DNA of 64,000 nt from Terriglobia bacterium (GTDB taxonomy: Bacteria > Acidobacteriota > Terriglobia > Bryobacterales > JACQDG01): positions 24,296 to 88,295 of the forward strand of contig JBGPDC010000001.1 of NCBI GenBank assembly GCA_041482115.1, read 5' to 3'. Positions 7,895 through 16,164 of the stretch are shown piece by piece. Below the pieces are notes generated by a model. It ran no database searches and had not been told where the DNA came from. It was given only the letters and a program-made list of their open reading frames with translations. The translations under genes were made by a program, and so were the position numbers. The number at the start of each line of letters is the position of its first letter. The stretch's first letter is position 1.

Positions 7895-8302
7895 CTACCT
7901 CTCGTTCAGCGCGCTCGCCGCCAGATAGCCGAGCCACACCCCGGCCAGGCACAATAGCAGCGAGCCCGCGATGTTGCCGGCCGCCTTCCCCCAGTCCCCG
8001 TCCCGCGCCAGGTTCAGCGTCTCCAGGCTGAAGGTGGAGAAGGTCGTGAAGCCGCCGCAGACGCCCGGCATCACGAACTGCCGCACCACCGCCGGCGCGA
8101 ACCAGCGGCCTTCCGGACCGGTCAAGGCGGCGAAGAATCCGATGAACGTACAGCCCACGATATTGACCAGCAGCGTACCCCACGGAAACGTCTCACCGAG
8201 GTGCCGCGCCGCGAGACCGTAGCACCAGTAGCGCGTCAGGCCGCCGAGCGCGCTGCCGCAAGCCACCCATAAGTAAGGTGAAAGAAGCCAGGAAGAAGGC
8301 AA
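7895..8302 (-). CDS. crcB: fluoride ion channel CrcB/FluC
   Basis: GSALGGLTRY...GTLLVNIVGCFIIG-like...GFCGGFTTFSTFS motifs. The TTG start at 8302 is uncertain; an internal GTG is possible. Confidence 0.85.
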   Translation of the reverse strand: MPSSWLLSPYLWVACGSALGGLTRYWCYGLAARHLGETFPWGTLLVNIVGCTFIGFFAALTGPEGRWFAPAVVRQFVMPGVCGGFTTFSTFSLETLNLARDGDWGKAAGNIAGSLLLCLAGVWLGYLAASALNER

Positions 8303-8376
8303 GCCCCATTCTACAACCGCTCTGAGGAACCAAAACCGATGCGCTGGTGTCCACCTGTTACAGAAGGGGGATCTGT

Positions 8377-8856
8377 ATGCAAATGGCGTTGCCAGGCACG
8401 ATATCGTTTGCTGGCCTGTTCTTGACTTTAGCGCTGATCTCCGCAGTCTCCCTCAGCAGCATGCCCGAGGGGATTTTCGTCTATATCGCCGGAACACAAG
8501 AAGATTGCGTTGACAACAGAAGGACAATCGTGGCGACCGCCCTGCGGAACGGCGACGTCGTGCTAAATCAGGACACCGTCAAGCGTGCAAACCTGGAGAA
8601 CCGTTTGGCAGAAATGCTCAGGACGAGAGCAGAGCGGTTCCTCTTCCTCAAGGCTGAACCGGACGTTCCGTTCCAGGAAGTTATTGAGGTGATCGATGCG
8701 GCAACCAAACAGGCTGCCCATGTCGCTATCCTGACGCCGTTTGTTGACGCGGAAGCAAGAATAGAGCCCCACTGCCTGGCAGTCTCCCTCCCGGATAAAC
8801 CACTGCACCTGACAATACCCCTCCCGGCTGAATTGCAACCCAAAGTCCTGGAGTGA
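8377..8856 (+). CDS. ExbD/TolR-like biopolymer transport protein (orphan)
   Basis: ORF 8347..8856 trimmed to ATG 8377, with RBS AAGGGGG at 8364-8370. One TM segment, then RFLFLKAEPDVPFQEVIEVIDAATKQAAHVAILTP, which resembles the ExbD/TolR periplasmic domain. GC is locally lower. Confidence 0.55.
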   Translation: MQMALPGTISFAGLFLTLALISAVSLSSMPEGIFVYIAGTQEDCVDNRRTIVATALRNGDVVLNQDTVKRANLENRLAEMLRTRAERFLFLKAEPDVPFQEVIEVIDAATKQAAHVAILTPFVDAEARIEPHCLAVSLPDKPLHLTIPLPAELQPKVLE

Positions 8857-8944
8857 TACCGCAGGCCAGGACGCCATGAACCTCTAGCCCGTACTCCCGA
8901 GGCCGCCAGCAGGAGAGCATCGCACTGTCCGGACACTACCCGTT

Positions 8945-8953
8945 TGCTATAAT
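8945..8953 (+). promoter_or_regulatory. extended -10 promoter candidate (TGCTATAAT) for fmdB-like/thrS
   Basis: Perfect TATAAT at 8948-8953 preceded by TGC. It lies 37 nt upstream of ATG 8990. The -35 is weak. Confidence 0.5.
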
Positions 8954-8989
8954 TTAGAGAGTTGTCGTCCGAAGTGGAAACGAAGTCCT

Positions 8990-9388
8990 ATGCCAGTCTA
9001 TGAGTACGAGTGCCTGAAATGTGGCACCCGTTTTGAGGAGATCCGCAAGTTTTCCGACCCGCCGGTCAAGAAACACACCGGCTGCGGCGGACGCGTGAAG
9101 CGCCTGCTCTCGGCGCCGGCCTTCCACTTCAAGGGCACCGGCTGGTACGTCACCGACTACGCCGATAAGAACAAGAAGGACGGCGGCAAATCCGGGTCCC
9201 AGGACGCCGAAAAGAAGGCCGACGCCAAGAGCGATGCCGCCAGGAGCGGCAGCAGCGGCAAGACCGAGAGCAAGGACAAAACCGACGGCAGCGCGAAGGC
9301 TGACAGCAGCGCCAAAAGCGACAGCGCCGGCAAGAAAGACAGCGGCGCCAAGAGCAGCAAGTCCTCTGAAAAGGCCTCCAAATCCTGA
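8990..9388 (+). CDS. FmdB-family zinc-ribbon protein with K/S/D/A-rich disordered tail
   Basis: [17 protein letters not shown]...HTGCGG is the FmdB/CxxC_CxxC_SSSS-type N-terminus. The C-terminal ~75 aa are low complexity. Its stop overlaps the thrS ATG. Confidence 0.8.
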   Translation: MPVYEYECLKCGTRFEEIRKFSDPPVKKHTGCGGRVKRLLSAPAFHFKGTGWYVTDYADKNKKDGGKSGSQDAEKKADAKSDAARSGSSGKTESKDKTDGSAKADSSAKSDSAGKKDSGAKSSKSSEKASKS

Positions 9389-11322
9389 TGGCATCGATCC
9401 GGGTAACGCTCCCCGACGGGAGTGCGAAAGAGTATCCCCAGGGCTCGAGCGCGCTCGATATCGCGCGGTCCATCGGCCCGCGCCTCGCCGATGCGGCCTT
9501 GATGGCCGAAGTCAACGGCGTCCTGACCGATCTGAAGGCGCCAGTCAATCAGGACGCGAAGCTCCGCATCCTCACCGCCAAAGACCCCGAGGCCTTGCAG
9601 CCCTATCGCCACTCGACCGCCCACGTCATGGCGGCCGCCGTGCTCGACCTCTTTCCCGAGACCAAGCTCGGCATCGGCCCGCCCACTGAAGACGGCTTCT
9701 ATTACGACTTCCTGCGCGAGACGCCCTTCACCCCCGAAGACCTGGAAAAAATCGAAGCCCGCATGAAGGAGCTCGTCGCGGGCGATTTGCCCTTCGAGCG
9801 CGTCTGGCTGCCGCGCGAGGAGAGCCTGCGAAAATTCCGCGAGGCCGGCGAGTGGATGAAGTGCGAGCTGATCGAGGACAAGACCGAGGGCGACCGTATC
9901 TCGTGCTACACCACCGGCCCGCACTTCGTCGACTTCTGCCGCGGCCCGCATATTCCGTCCACCGGCAAGATCAAGGCCCTCAAGGTCATGTCGCTGGCCG
10001 GCGCTTACTGGAAAGGCGATGAGCGCAACCCGCGGATGCAGCGCATCTACGGCACCGCGTTCTTCACCAAAGAAGATCTCGACGCCCACCTGCACCGCCT
10101 TGAAGAGGCGAAGAAGCGCGATCACCGCAAGCTCGGCCCCGAGCTCGACCTTTTCAGCATCCAGGAACTCGCCGGCCCCGGACTGATCTTCTGGCACCCC
10201 AAGGGCGGCCTGGTGCGCAAGATCATGGAGGATTGGCTGCGCGAAGAGTACCTGCGCCGGGGCTACGGGCTGGTCTTCACCCCGCACGTGGCGCGCCTGG
10301 ACCTCTGGCGCGTCTCGGGCCACCTCAATTTCTACGCCGAGAACATGTTCAAGGCCATGGAGCTGGACGACGCCGAATACCAGCTCAAGCCCATGAACTG
10401 CCCGTTCCACATCCTGATTTACAAGGACCGGCTGCGCAGTTACCGCGAGCTTCCCGTGCGCCTGGGCGAATTGGGTACCGTGTATCGCTACGAGCGCTCC
10501 GGCGTGATGCACGGCTTGATGCGCGTGCGCGGCTTCACGCAAGATGACGCCCACATCTTCTGCACCCCGGACCAGGTCAAGGACGAAGTGATCGGCTGTC
10601 TCGATTTCGCGCTGGACGTGCTGCGGACTTTCGGCTTCGACAAGTATCAAGTGGAGCTTTCCACTTGGGATGGCGGCAAGAGCGGCAAGTACGACGGCGC
10701 GCCCGAGCAGTGGAAGCTCGCCGAAGACGCGCTGCACGCGGCGCTCGAGCAGCGCAACATTCCGGCCAAGGTCATCCCGGACGAGGCGGCGTTCTATGGT
10801 CCTAAGATCGACGTCAAGCTGGTGGACGCGATCGGACGGCTGTGGCAGCTCTCGACCGTGCAGTTCGATTTCACACTGCCGCGGCGCTTCGATCTCGAAT
10901 ACATCGCCGAGGACGGCAAGGCGCACCAGCCGCTGATGGTGCACCGCGCGCTGTGGGGCTCGGTCGAGCGCTTCTTCGGCGTGCTGCTCGAGCACTACGC
11001 CGGGGCGTTTCCGCTCTGGCTCGCGCCGGTGCAGGCGGTGGTGCTGCCGATCACCGACAAGCAGATCGACTATGCACGCGGCGTCACCGAGCGCTTGCGA
11101 GCCGCCGGCCTGCGAGTCGACCTCGACGCGCGCAGCGAAAAGGTCAACGCCAAGATCCGCGAGGCCCAGATCCACAAGATTCCTTACATGCTGGTGGTCG
11201 GGGGGCGCGAGGCCGCGAGCGGACAGGTGTCGGTGCGGCACCGCAAGCTCGGCGACCAGGGCGCGAAACCGGTCGAAGAATTCCTGGCCGCGGCCCAACA
11301 GGAAATCGCGGCCAAGGCCTAA
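9388..11322 (+). CDS. thrS: threonine--tRNA ligase
   Basis: 644 aa. N-terminal TGS-like segment, HSTAH editing motif, and class II core ([18 protein letters not shown]). Confidence 0.97.
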   Translation: MASIRVTLPDGSAKEYPQGSSALDIARSIGPRLADAALMAEVNGVLTDLKAPVNQDAKLRILTAKDPEALQPYRHSTAHVMAAAVLDLFPETKLGIGPPTEDGFYYDFLRETPFTPEDLEKIEARMKELVAGDLPFERVWLPREESLRKFREAGEWMKCELIEDKTEGDRISCYTTGPHFVDFCRGPHIPSTGKIKALKVMSLAGAYWKGDERNPRMQRIYGTAFFTKEDLDAHLHRLEEAKKRDHRKLGPELDLFSIQELAGPGLIFWHPKGGLVRKIMEDWLREEYLRRGYGLVFTPHVARLDLWRVSGHLNFYAENMFKAMELDDAEYQLKPMNCPFHILIYKDRLRSYRELPVRLGELGTVYRYERSGVMHGLMRVRGFTQDDAHIFCTPDQVKDEVIGCLDFALDVLRTFGFDKYQVELSTWDGGKSGKYDGAPEQWKLAEDALHAALEQRNIPAKVIPDEAAFYGPKIDVKLVDAIGRLWQLSTVQFDFTLPRRFDLEYIAEDGKAHQPLMVHRALWGSVERFFGVLLEHYAGAFPLWLAPVQAVVLPITDKQIDYARGVTERLRAAGLRVDLDARSEKVNAKIREAQIHKIPYMLVVGGREAASGQVSVRHRKLGDQGAKPVEEFLAAAQQEIAAKA

Positions 11323-11333
11323 GGGAGATATTT

Positions 11334-11705
11334 ATGCGACTTCTACTAGCTGGAATCCTGGTGTTCAGTGCTGGCCTGCTGGTCGGCCAGCGGACCGTGA
11401 CGCCGCAGAAGACCCTGGTGCATGCCTTCGCTTTCCAATTGCAGGAGGGCGCCGGGGAAGCGCAGGTCCAGCAGGTCTGGGCCGCCACTCGTAAAATGGC
11501 CGCCGCGATTCCAGGCATCCGCAACGTGTGGATGGGCAAGGTGCTCAACCGGGGACAGGAATACCAATATGGCGTGGTGATGGAGTTCGAAAACCAGGCG
11601 GCCGTGAAGGCTTACGCCGCCCACCCGGCGCACAAGGAATGGGACCAGGTCTATAGCAAGGTCCGCGTGGAGGGCACCAACACGCTGGACATCCAAGGCG
11701 AATAA
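11334..11705 (+). CDS. Dabb (stress-responsive alpha/beta barrel) domain protein with signal peptide
   Basis: ORF trimmed to ATG 11334, with RBS AAGGGAG at 11321-11327. LVHAFAFQL...YGVVMEFENQAAVKAYAAHPAHKEW is the Dabb signature. Confidence 0.75.
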   Translation: MRLLLAGILVFSAGLLVGQRTVTPQKTLVHAFAFQLQEGAGEAQVQQVWAATRKMAAAIPGIRNVWMGKVLNRGQEYQYGVVMEFENQAAVKAYAAHPAHKEWDQVYSKVRVEGTNTLDIQGE

Positions 11706-11719
11706 GCCGGGCTGGGCGG

Positions 11720-12859
11720 ATGGCGGTTTTTTTCTGGATGGCGTACGCCGCCTGCTGCTGTGTCGCAGCCGGCGGCGTGGTCTTCTACGGCCTGGCCATC
11801 GCCGCGACGCGGCGCTACCGCGCGCAAGCCGCCCGGCCGGGGGACTTCGCGCCGCCGCTCACGGTCCTCAAGCCGCTGGCCGGGCTCGACGACAATCTCG
11901 AAGAGAACCTCGCCACCTTCTTTGAGCAGGACTATCCGCGCTACCAGATTCTGTTCGCGGTGCGCCGCGACGACGAACCCGCGGTGGCGGTGGTCGAGCG
12001 TTTGCTGGCCCGCTACCCGCAGCAGGACGCCGAGCTGATCGTGAGCGGCGAGCCGCCGTTTCCCAACGCCAAGGTTTACAGCCTCGCCCGCATGGCCGAG
12101 CGCGCGCGCTACGACATTCTGGTCATCAGCGATAGCGACATCCGCGCCGATCGCAGTTGCCTGCGGGGTGTGGCTGCGGAGTTCGGTGACCCGCGCGTCG
12201 GGGTGATCACTTGTCCTTATCGCGCGGTGCCGGGCGTGAGCTTCTGGTCGCGCCTGGAGGCGCTCACGCTCAACACCGAGTTCTGGTGCGGCGTGGTGGT
12301 GGCGAAGAGGCTCGAAGGGATGCGCTTCGCGGTCGGCCCTACGATGGCGCTGCGCCGCCCGTACCTGGAGCAAGTGGGGGGCTTCCCTGCCGTCGGCGAA
12401 TACCTGGCCGAGGATTTTGTGCTGGGCCAGTGGGCGGCCTCGCACGGGTACCGCGCCGAGCTAGCGGCCCACGTGGTCGATCACTGCATCGGGAGCCAGC
12501 CGTTTGGGACGAACCTGCGCCATCGCATCCGCTGGGCCCGCTCCACACGGCGGTCGCGGCCCTGGGGCTATGTCGGACAAGTATTTACTAACCCGCTGCC
12601 GTTTGCGCTGGTCGTACTGGCTGGTCCCGCGGCGGCCCTGGGAGTGGCGGTGGTGCTGGCGCGCGTGTGGGTCGCGGCCGTGGTCGCCGGCGGCTGGTTG
12701 CGCGACCCGCTGACGCGGCGCTGCTGGTGGCTGGTCCCGGTGGCGGATCTGGCGAGCCTGGTGGTTTGGATTTTGGGGTTCTTCGGAAACACCGTCGAGT
12801 GGCGCGGCCAGCGCTACGATCTGCTGCGGGACGGGCGCTTCCGCCTGGCGGGCGGCTAG
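11720..12859 (+). CDS. GT2/GT21-type glycosyltransferase (ceramide glucosyltransferase / hopanoid HpnI-like)
   Basis: LTVLKPLAGLDDNLEENLATFFEQDYPRYQILFAV, a DSD motif, and a RHRIRWARS (Q/RxxRW-like) motif. Several TM segments. Confidence 0.7.
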   Translation: MAVFFWMAYAACCCVAAGGVVFYGLAIAATRRYRAQAARPGDFAPPLTVLKPLAGLDDNLEENLATFFEQDYPRYQILFAVRRDDEPAVAVVERLLARYPQQDAELIVSGEPPFPNAKVYSLARMAERARYDILVISDSDIRADRSCLRGVAAEFGDPRVGVITCPYRAVPGVSFWSRLEALTLNTEFWCGVVVAKRLEGMRFAVGPTMALRRPYLEQVGGFPAVGEYLAEDFVLGQWAASHGYRAELAAHVVDHCIGSQPFGTNLRHRIRWARSTRRSRPWGYVGQVFTNPLPFALVVLAGPAAALGVAVVLARVWVAAVVAGGWLRDPLTRRCWWLVPVADLASLVVWILGFFGNTVEWRGQRYDLLRDGRFRLAGG

Positions 12860-13554
12860 GTCGCTTCGCTGCCGTCGGTCAGCGCCGCCTGCTGCGCGGC
12901 AGCGGCCTGCTCCTCTTGGGCGCGCATCAACTCCAGTTGCCATTCGGGCCGTACCGTGAATTGTCCCGGCGGATTCAGGAACGAGCTGAGCATCGTCCGC
13001 TTGTCGAGCTTCCACTCGGCGTGCGGGCCGTTCTGGTCCACCCAGAACAGGCTCACTTGCGCGCAGTGGTCCCCCGTAAACGGCTCGCGCCAGTGCGGGC
13101 AGTCGAGGCCCCGGTAGAGCACGCCGTCGCCGGGCCGCATATTGCAGGGGGCGGCACCATGCGGACCCTTCACCCAGAGCGGCCACGGCTCGTCGGGTTG
13201 CTGCCCGAGGTTCAGCGAGACGGAGATCTCGCAGGCGGGCCGGTCGGTATGGCGCGGGAGGGTGTCGCCGCCGCGCAAGACACGGTAAAACGAGTAGGTC
13301 GGATACAGGCGCAATCCGGTGGCTTGTTCCAGGCGCGGGGTGAGGTTCGCGAGGAGTGTGTCCATCATCGGATCGCCGTAGGCGGTGGCCGCCGGGGGCG
13401 CCGTGCGGTCGGGGTTCATCCGCTCCATGGCGGTGGGCGCGAGGTCCGCTCGCTTCAGGGCGTAGTGGTACAACTGCGAGAGGAGCGGGTCGGTCACCAG
13501 GCCGGTGAGCACGACGTACTTGTCTTGCTGGAAGGCGGCGGCGGTGTCGACCAT
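12856..13554 (-). CDS. 2OG-Fe(II) oxygenase superfamily protein
   Basis: HTD...PHW facial-triad-like motif (LPRHTDRPACEISVSL ... GLDCPHWREPF). It converges with the glycosyltransferase, and the two stops share one CTAG. Confidence 0.65.
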   Translation of the reverse strand: MVDTAAAFQQDKYVVLTGLVTDPLLSQLYHYALKRADLAPTAMERMNPDRTAPPAATAYGDPMMDTLLANLTPRLEQATGLRLYPTYSFYRVLRGGDTLPRHTDRPACEISVSLNLGQQPDEPWPLWVKGPHGAAPCNMRPGDGVLYRGLDCPHWREPFTGDHCAQVSLFWVDQNGPHAEWKLDKRTMLSSFLNPPGQFTVRPEWQLELMRAQEEQAAAAQQAALTDGSEAT

Positions 13555-13607
13555 GACAACTCAACTATAACGCGGGCGCGCGGCCGTGAAAGCGGGGCGG
13601 GCGGAGG

Positions 13608-13928
13608 TCACGCCCGCTTCGCTTCGCGCCGAATTCCCTCCACAATCCACATTCGCAATTGGGTCTGGTAGCCGACCGATTTCTTCGCCGCAATTCTCTT
13701 GGCGGCCTCGATCTGCTCGGGGGCCAGGCGGAGCGAGATGGGCGATTTGGCGCGAGCGTGACGCTCCCGAATCGACTTCGCGAGCGCTGCGGACGGCCGG
13801 GCAGGCTTGGCTGCGGGCAGTTGATTCCACACCTCGGCCACGGAGTGCGAATCGAAATACCGCGCGGCGTCCTCGTCAGACCGGAGCTTGGGGAGAGGCG
13901 CTTTCGCGGGGAGGAGTTTTTTTCTCAT
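13608..13928 (-). CDS. BrnA/CopG-like antitoxin (orphan)
   Basis: SDEDAARYFDSHS ... ISLRLAPEQIEAAKRIAAKKSVGYQTQLRMWIVEGIRRE matches the BrnA-family pattern. There is no intact BrnT/DUF497 gene upstream. Confidence 0.7.
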   Translation of the reverse strand: MRKKLLPAKAPLPKLRSDEDAARYFDSHSVAEVWNQLPAAKPARPSAALAKSIRERHARAKSPISLRLAPEQIEAAKRIAAKKSVGYQTQLRMWIVEGIRREAKRA

Positions 13929-14047
13929 AGAGCTACCTACTTGCGACGGAACAGCCGGCTCACCGAATCTGAGTCATCGCGGCTCGTGACATGAAGGCCG
14001 TCGGGCATTGAGTATTTGTCGAGCAGGAAATGTCAAGAGCCTAAATG

Positions 14048-15157
14048 TCACGCGCGGCGGAACTGTATGATCTCTGGTTCCTTTCCTTTGGGTACTGGGA
14101 CAGCAACGCCCGTAATGTCACGAAACGTGTCGGGCGTGAATTTGAGTTCCCGGCAAAGAGCGTCCAAGGTAACATCGGCTTTGGTTCCGAGCGCCTTCAG
14201 CGCTGTTAGAAGCAACTCGGGCTCCTGAAACGGAGGTTCGTGTGGTTCGCCTTTGGTCCAACCTTTCGCGGACATGTACTTGAATGCCTGCCGATAGGTG
14301 ACGGCATCAAGCAACCTCAGATCGTAGGCCCGCCTGATGATTGCAGCTGCACTGGTCTGCCAGCGCCGTTTTAAATCGAAGATATGTTCCCATGAGAAGG
14401 ACGAAAGGCTGAACTCTCGACCAAATGCCCTGCGAGGCATCAGGAAGGCGCTAGCGAACCGATCAGCGGCCATCTCGGTGTCGACGGTACCCGTGGGGAC
14501 ACCACGATGCACTACGAGATGACCGCATTCATGCGCGATGTCGAAGTTCCACCGGGACGTGCTCGGCGTCGCTTGATTCAGAAAAATGATCGTGGTTCGG
14601 CCGTACCTTGAAAAGGCATCTACCTTCGCGGACTGAATTGGCTGATGCACGATAATCACGCCAGCGTGCTCCAGCACCCTACCGATTTGCAGAATTGGCG
14701 CGTCCACTCCGACCCTCCAATGCTGGCGGCATTCCTCCGCCGCTGTTTCTATCTCTTCCGCGCTCGACGCTGGGATGTTCGGCACATTGATCTCGGGAAA
14801 CCTGAAAAGAGACTGCAGCCGTAGGAGCAGCATGCCGAGCAAGGTCGCATGAGCGCGAACCCGCGTCTTGAGCCGTTCTGGAGTGGTCCGCCGATGCCGA
14901 AAACTGCATTCATCTTCTCGGAAAACATCATCGAGCGAGCCATAGAAAAAGGCAGGCTCAAATCCGAGAACGACGCCACATGCTTCGACGAGGTCTCGGG
15001 CCGGGTCTCTCTTCTTACCTGCCTCGCAAAGCGAGATGAGGGCAGGCGAGGCTGCGACCTTCTCGCCAAGCTCCTTTTGCGTCAGGCCCCGGAACTCACG
15101 CGCGAGCTGCAGTCGTTCGCCCCAGAACACTTCGCTTGGAAACAACAAACCGCTCAT
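14048..15157 (-). CDS. XRE-family HTH fused to ImmA/IrrE (COG2856) zinc metallopeptidase
   Basis: N-terminal HTH (LAREFRGLTQKELGEKVAASPALISLCEAGKK). HEXXH motif IAHECGHLVVH followed by ADRFASAFLMP. 369 aa. GC is lower than the flanks. Confidence 0.85.
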   Translation of the reverse strand: MSGLLFPSEVFWGERLQLAREFRGLTQKELGEKVAASPALISLCEAGKKRDPARDLVEACGVVLGFEPAFFYGSLDDVFREDECSFRHRRTTPERLKTRVRAHATLLGMLLLRLQSLFRFPEINVPNIPASSAEEIETAAEECRQHWRVGVDAPILQIGRVLEHAGVIIVHQPIQSAKVDAFSRYGRTTIIFLNQATPSTSRWNFDIAHECGHLVVHRGVPTGTVDTEMAADRFASAFLMPRRAFGREFSLSSFSWEHIFDLKRRWQTSAAAIIRRAYDLRLLDAVTYRQAFKYMSAKGWTKGEPHEPPFQEPELLLTALKALGTKADVTLDALCRELKFTPDTFRDITGVAVPVPKGKEPEIIQFRRA

Positions 15158-15789
15158 CGGGTTTTTTCTGCTTCTCTGCGCTTCTCCTGCTTCTCCTGCT
15201 TGTTCCGTTCCGCAGTCTTCAAAGGTTCGAGTATCGGCGGCGGCAGGTCAATAGGCTTGGCTTGCATCGGGGTGACACGGTCCGGCTCAAGATCGAACGG
15301 AATGGCGTAGGTCTGCGTGATGTTTCCGGACTCATCCATCTCGACGAAGATGACGCTAGACACCAGGCGGGTGGCGGGATCGACTTCGACAGCAAGACGG
15401 AGCGTCGTATCTAATGGAGGGAGGCCCTCCATCTCAAACGACATCTGCCGGTGGTGTAACTCTCCATAGGTTGCGATGAGATACCGTTCAGGCGGGTCGT
15501 CTGATGCACCCTTGTAGAATCGGAAGGGTACCGATTCGATGGCGAAACTGAACCGCAAAACCTCAGCCTCGGGTAGGATTGTGAGCCAAGGGTGGTCCTT
15601 GGCGGCTTTGCGTATCGCGTGACATGTTCGGACGTAAACTCGGCAACCGAGGCTCCACTCGTTGTCTCCATTCGCCGTGTCGTGGAGCTGTACGGCGTCA
15701 CGTCTCACGTCGCGGATGATGCCCGCAACCGCCGAAAGGCGGTCTCGCGTGAGGTCCGGGTACCTAGCCCAAGGCTCGAAGTTATTCAT
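15154..15789 (-). CDS. hypothetical protein, no recognisable family; partner of the HTH-ImmA/IrrE gene
   Basis: 211-aa ORF. Its stop overlaps the downstream ATG (ATGA at 15154-15157). It has a mixed helical/beta core, a Pro-rich linker and a K/E/R tail (KTAERNKQEKQEKRREAEKTR). Confidence 0.6.
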   Translation of the reverse strand: MNNFEPWARYPDLTRDRLSAVAGIIRDVRRDAVQLHDTANGDNEWSLGCRVYVRTCHAIRKAAKDHPWLTILPEAEVLRFSFAIESVPFRFYKGASDDPPERYLIATYGELHHRQMSFEMEGLPPLDTTLRLAVEVDPATRLVSSVIFVEMDESGNITQTYAIPFDLEPDRVTPMQAKPIDLPPPILEPLKTAERNKQEKQEKRREAEKTR

Positions 15790-15830
15790 GCGTCATAGCA
15801 TACACGATTGCGGACATTGGTGCAATAAAA

Positions 15831-15893
15831 TTTACGGCCAGGAAATTATTTACAGTGATGTCAATAGTTTACAGCGTCGTAAAGACTTTACAG
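15831..15893. repeat. four direct TTTACRG repeats at 18-19 bp spacing (iteron/operator-like)
   Basis: TTTACGG at 15831, then TTTACAG at 15849, 15868 and 15887. Each is preceded by an A-rich stretch. The array lies between the stop of the small basic gene (15895) and the start of the 211-aa gene (15789). Confidence 0.8.
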
Positions 15894-15894
15894 C

Positions 15895-16143
15895 CTATTT
15901 CTTGCCCCACCGCGCCGCCGCCGCCTTTTTAGCGATCATCTTCCGCTTGCGGGCCGACAGTGATTCCGCCCGCGCCTTGCCCCCCTTGGACGCCCCCAGC
16001 TTACTCAGCGCCACGGCTGCCTGGTTCCGGGTGTCGGGCGGATCGGGCGGGCGCTCGACCTGCCCGGTCAACTCCTGGACCACCTGCCAGGCTAGCTGGT
16101 TCGTGTCCCTGGGGCGCTTCGGCCTGCTTGCTCGGGAAGGCAT
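15895..16143 (-). CDS. small basic protein (Lys/Arg/Ala-rich C-terminus, putative nucleic-acid binding)
   Basis: ORF 15895..16179 trimmed to M13. MPSRASRPKRPRDTNQLAWQVVQELTG...GASKGGKARAESLSARKRKMIAKKAAAARWGKK resembles widespread small hypothetical proteins of this pattern. Confidence 0.55.
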   Translation of the reverse strand: MPSRASRPKRPRDTNQLAWQVVQELTGQVERPPDPPDTRNQAAVALSKLGASKGGKARAESLSARKRKMIAKKAAAARWGKK

Positions 16144-16164
16144 GGTAAGATTGTGGCACATGTC

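Noticed and set aside
8303-8400. Fluoride riboswitch (crcB motif) upstream of crcB on the minus strand
   Set aside because: I read the reverse complement. The conserved GATGG..TTC and CTGATGATGCCTAC-like elements are absent. The spacer is also largely occupied by the divergent ExbD-like gene's start region. A covariance-model scan would be needed to be sure.
9157-11298. 713-aa ORF antisense to thrS
   Set aside because: It lies entirely opposite a confidently identified thrS. Its composition is biased (A/L/R/G/V/D/E-rich) with no motifs. This is the typical shadow ORF of GC-rich DNA.
13933-14008. BrnT (DUF497) toxin relic upstream of the BrnA-like gene
   Set aside because: The 23-codon mini-ORF resembles a BrnT C-terminus only weakly. 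The evidence is too thin to annotate as a pseudogene, so it is kept as a note inside a finding.
15831-15893. LexA/SOS box interpretation of the TTTACAG repeats
   Set aside because: The ACAG halves are all in direct orientation. There is no CTGT-N8-ACAG inverted arrangement.
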